DNA from: an uncultured archaeon
Lineage (GTDB): Archaea; Iainarchaeota; Iainarchaeia; Iainarchaeales; CSSED10-239
Length of the DNA stretch: 7,137 nt
Direction of reading: 5' to 3'
Assembly (NCBI GenBank): GCA_964468895.1
Contig: CAYXWT010000038.1
Span: 1 to 7,137, forward strand
Shown here: in pieces, positions 4,810 through 7,137 of the stretch
How the letters are laid out: every line of letters starts with the position of its first letter
Numbering within the stretch: the first letter of the stretch is position 1
Notes under the pieces: generated by a model
Database searches by the model: none
Told to the model about the DNA's origin: nothing
The model's input: only the letters and a program-made list of their open reading frames with translations
Position numbers and translations under genes: made by a program

Positions 4810-7137
4810 ATGGCTCTAGAAAAATGGAATAAAGACTTAGAAAAAGAAATAATAAATAATGAAATAAATAATAAATTATTTAATTTTAAAGATTGTGAAG
4901 AAAAAAAGTTATTTAGTATAGATACACCACCACCATATCTGAATAGACCAATTCATATTGGTCAAGCTACTACTTATGCAATTATGGATATGATTGCAAG
5001 ATATAGAAGAAAAAAAGGAAACAATGTTCTTTTTCCTCTTGGATTAGATAGAAATGGACTTCCAATTGAAATGGAAGCTGAAAAGAAATTTAATATGTCT
5101 ATATTATATACTCCAAGAGCTGAATATATTGAAAATTGTAAAAAACTATTAGTTGAATATTCTGGAGAAACTCAAAATAGTTTTAAAAAAATAGGAATTA
5201 GTTTTAATTCTTATCAAGTTAATGATCAAGTTGGTTCTGTTTATGAAACTGATTCACCTAAATATAGACAACTAACTCAAAAAACATTTATTGAATTATA
5301 TAAAAAAGGACTTATTTACGAAGATGAAAAAGTTGTAAATTATTGTCCTGGTTGTAAAACTACTATAGCTGATTCTGAAATAGCTTATAAAGAAGTAAAA
5401 TCTTCATTTAATACTGTTTTATTTACTGTTAAAGAAACTGGTGAAAAAATACCAATAGCTACTACACGTCCAGAACTAATACCAAGTATTGGTATGGTTA
5501 TATTTAATCCAGAAGATGAAAGATGGATTAAATTAGAAGGCAAGACTGCTATAACACCTTTATTTAATATAGAAGTTCCAATAAAAGCACATCCTCAAGC
5601 TAAAAAAGACAAAGGTACTGGTTTAGTTATGATGTGTTCAGCTGGAGACTATAGTGATATTAGGTTTTTTCGTGAACAAGGAATAAAACCAATAATTTCT
5701 ATAAATATAGATGGAACTATGAATTCAAATGCAAAAGAATTTGAAGGTCAAAAAGTAAAAGCAGCAAGAGCTAATGTTATAGAAAAACTAAAAGAACTTA
5801 ATTTAATTACTGAAGAAAAACAAATAGTTCATAAAGTTCCAATATGTGAACGAAGTAAACATGAAATAGAATTTATTGCTCAAAGTGAGTTTTATCTTAA
5901 ACAATTAGATTATATAGAAAACATTAGAGAACTTAGTAAAGACATTAACTTTACTAACCCACTTAGTAAAAAAATACTAGAAGATTGGCTTAATACAGTT
6001 TCAACTGATTGGCCAATATCAAGAAGAAGATTTTATGCTACTGAAGTACCTTTATGGTACTGTGATGATTGTAATGAAGTTATATTAGGAGATCCTACTA
6101 AATATCAACAACCTTGGAAAGAACTACCAAATGGAGGAAAATGTCCTAAATGTGGTTCAACTAATATTAGAGGAGACAAAAGAGTATTAGATACTTGGTT
6201 TGATTCATCTAATACTCCTTTGTATATACATAACTTTGGAAAAGATTTTTTTAGTAAACACCCAGTTTGTAGTTTAAGACCACAAGGTAAAGAAATAGTT
6301 AGAACTTGGTTATATTATACATTACTTAAAGCATATCTTATGACTGAAAAAAGAATTTTTGATGATGTTTATGTTCATCAACATATACTAGATCAAAAAG
6401 GATTTAAAATGTCTAAATCAAAAGGAAATGTAATAGATCCACAAAAAATAGTAGATCTTTATGGAGCAGAAGCATTTAGACTTTGGGCAGTAAGTGAAGG
6501 AAATCTAGATCAAAAAGATTTCATGTGTTCAGAACAAAGTATAAAAGCAGAACAAAAAACTCTAAACAAATTATGGAATGTAGCAAAATTTATTTCTCAA
6601 TTTAAAAAAGTAGAAGGAATAAGTTCAGAACTAACTGAACTAGACCTTACACTTAAAAAAGAAATAAATAATCTAGTAGAACTAGCAGATAATAACTATC
6701 ATAATTATGATTTCCATAATCCAGTAATAAAAGCTAAATATTTTTTAAATAACACATTATCATCTAATTATTTAGAACTAGTAAAGAATAGATGTTATAA
6801 TGATAACAAACAATTTAGTGATTCCACTCAAAACGGTGCAATAGACACACTTAGATATTGTCTAGAAAAACTATTGTATATATTATATCCAATAATTCCT
6901 TTTACTACAAACAAAATAATCATGGAAATATTCAACAAAGATATATACAAAGAAAGTTTTCCAACAAAAGAAGATTTCGAATCTAAATTAACAATAGACG
7001 ATATAGAAAAAGTAAACAATGCAATTTGGAAATTCAAAAAAGACAACAATATTTCGTTAAAAGACAATTTAGAAAAAGCAAATATTCCAGAGATATACAA
7101 ACTTATAGAAAAAGACCTAAAGCAAACACATCATATA
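4810..7137 (+). CDS. valS: Valyl-tRNA synthetase, 3'-truncated by the window end (776 codons visible, no stop)
   Basis: My own translation from ATG 4810 stays open to 7137. It is not in the supplied ORF track because it lacks a stop. The N-terminus, FSIDTPPPYLNRPIHIGQATTY, has the ValRS-type IDTPPP context and the HIGH-region at 4954-4965. The ATTRPE block, the CP1 editing block GTGLVMMCSAGDYSD, DWPISRRRFYATEVPLWYC, VLDTWFDSS, the KMSKS motif at 6406-6420 (FKMSKSKGNVIDP), YGAEAFRLWAV and KLWNVAKF are all class Ia ValRS landmarks. CxxC...CxxC knuckles are present in WYCDDC...KCPKCG. Confidence 0.94.
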   Translation, partial: MALEKWNKDLEKEIINNEINNKLFNFKDCEEKKLFSIDTPPPYLNRPIHIGQATTYAIMDMIARYRRKKGNNVLFPLGLDRNGLPIEMEAEKKFNMSILYTPRAEYIENCKKLLVEYSGETQNSFKKIGISFNSYQVNDQVGSVYETDSPKYRQLTQKTFIELYKKGLIYEDEKVVNYCPGCKTTIADSEIAYKEVKSSFNTVLFTVKETGEKIPIATTRPELIPSIGMVIFNPEDERWIKLEGKTAITPLFNIEVPIKAHPQAKKDKGTGLVMMCSAGDYSDIRFFREQGIKPIISINIDGTMNSNAKEFEGQKVKAARANVIEKLKELNLITEEKQIVHKVPICERSKHEIEFIAQSEFYLKQLDYIENIRELSKDINFTNPLSKKILEDWLNTVSTDWPISRRRFYATEVPLWYCDDCNEVILGDPTKYQQPWKELPNGGKCPKCGSTNIRGDKRVLDTWFDSSNTPLYIHNFGKDFFSKHPVCSLRPQGKEIVRTWLYYTLLKAYLMTEKRIFDDVYVHQHILDQKGFKMSKSKGNVIDPQKIVDLYGAEAFRLWAVSEGNLDQKDFMCSEQSIKAEQKTLNKLWNVAKFISQFKKVEGISSELTELDLTLKKEINNLVELADNNYHNYDFHNPVIKAKYFLNNTLSSNYLELVKNRCYNDNKQFSDSTQNGAIDTLRYCLEKLLYILYPIIPFTTNKIIMEIFNKDIYKESFPTKEDFESKLTIDDIEKVNNAIWKFKKDNNISLKDNLEKANIPEIYKLIEKDLKQTHHI

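Noticed and set aside
6828-7100. 90-aa minus-strand ORF from the supplied track
   Set aside because: It lies entirely antisense inside the valS anticodon-binding region, which reads through cleanly on the plus strand. Its Phe/Ile/Leu/Ser-rich translation is what the complement of Lys/Glu/Asn-rich codons produces. It is a shadow ORF.
1-7137. Search for CRISPR repeats, IS/transposase remnants, integrase or att-like direct repeats, and tRNA or rRNA genes
   Set aside because: I saw no regularly spaced direct repeats, no transposase or integrase-like ORF in any frame, and no G+C-rich tRNA-like segment other than the SRP RNA. The Fic and small-protein region has no recognisable mobile-element boundaries.

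Overview
This is a very AT-rich archaeal chromosomal segment. The evidence for archaeal origin is an archaeal-type FtsZ, deoxyhypusine synthase, a 7S-type SRP RNA, TATA-box promoters with leaderless geometry, and GGTGAT-type Shine-Dalgarno (SD) sites. The lineage cannot be fixed from sequence alone; an AT-rich methanogen-like or DPANN-like archaeon are both plausible.

Gene order: SRP RNA (minus, 1-267); ftsZ (plus, 434-1528); a winged-HTH + Fic-domain protein (plus, 1733-2968) abutting deoxyhypusine synthase (plus, 2977-3918) with only an 8-nt gap; two tandem paralogous small lysine-rich proteins of unknown family (minus, 3908-4207 and 4293-4577); and a 3'-truncated valyl-tRNA synthetase (plus, 4810 to the window end).

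The valS ORF is the largest gene here but is absent from the supplied ORF track because it has no stop codon in the window. The SRP RNA is likewise invisible to an ORF track. The two antisense ORFs in the track (1174-1452 and 6828-7100) are shadow ORFs.

Most of the window is housekeeping. The non-housekeeping parts are (a) the wHTH-Fic gene, with extremely low G+C, an internal inhibitory-helix motif and a variant GNSR Fic motif, apparently in an operon with dys, and (b) the pair of unclassifiable small basic paralogs, whose conserved K-E-N block resembles the Fic inhibitory motif.

I found no CRISPR array, IS element, tRNA or rRNA. All calls rest on motif-level recognition by eye; no homology search or folding was run.
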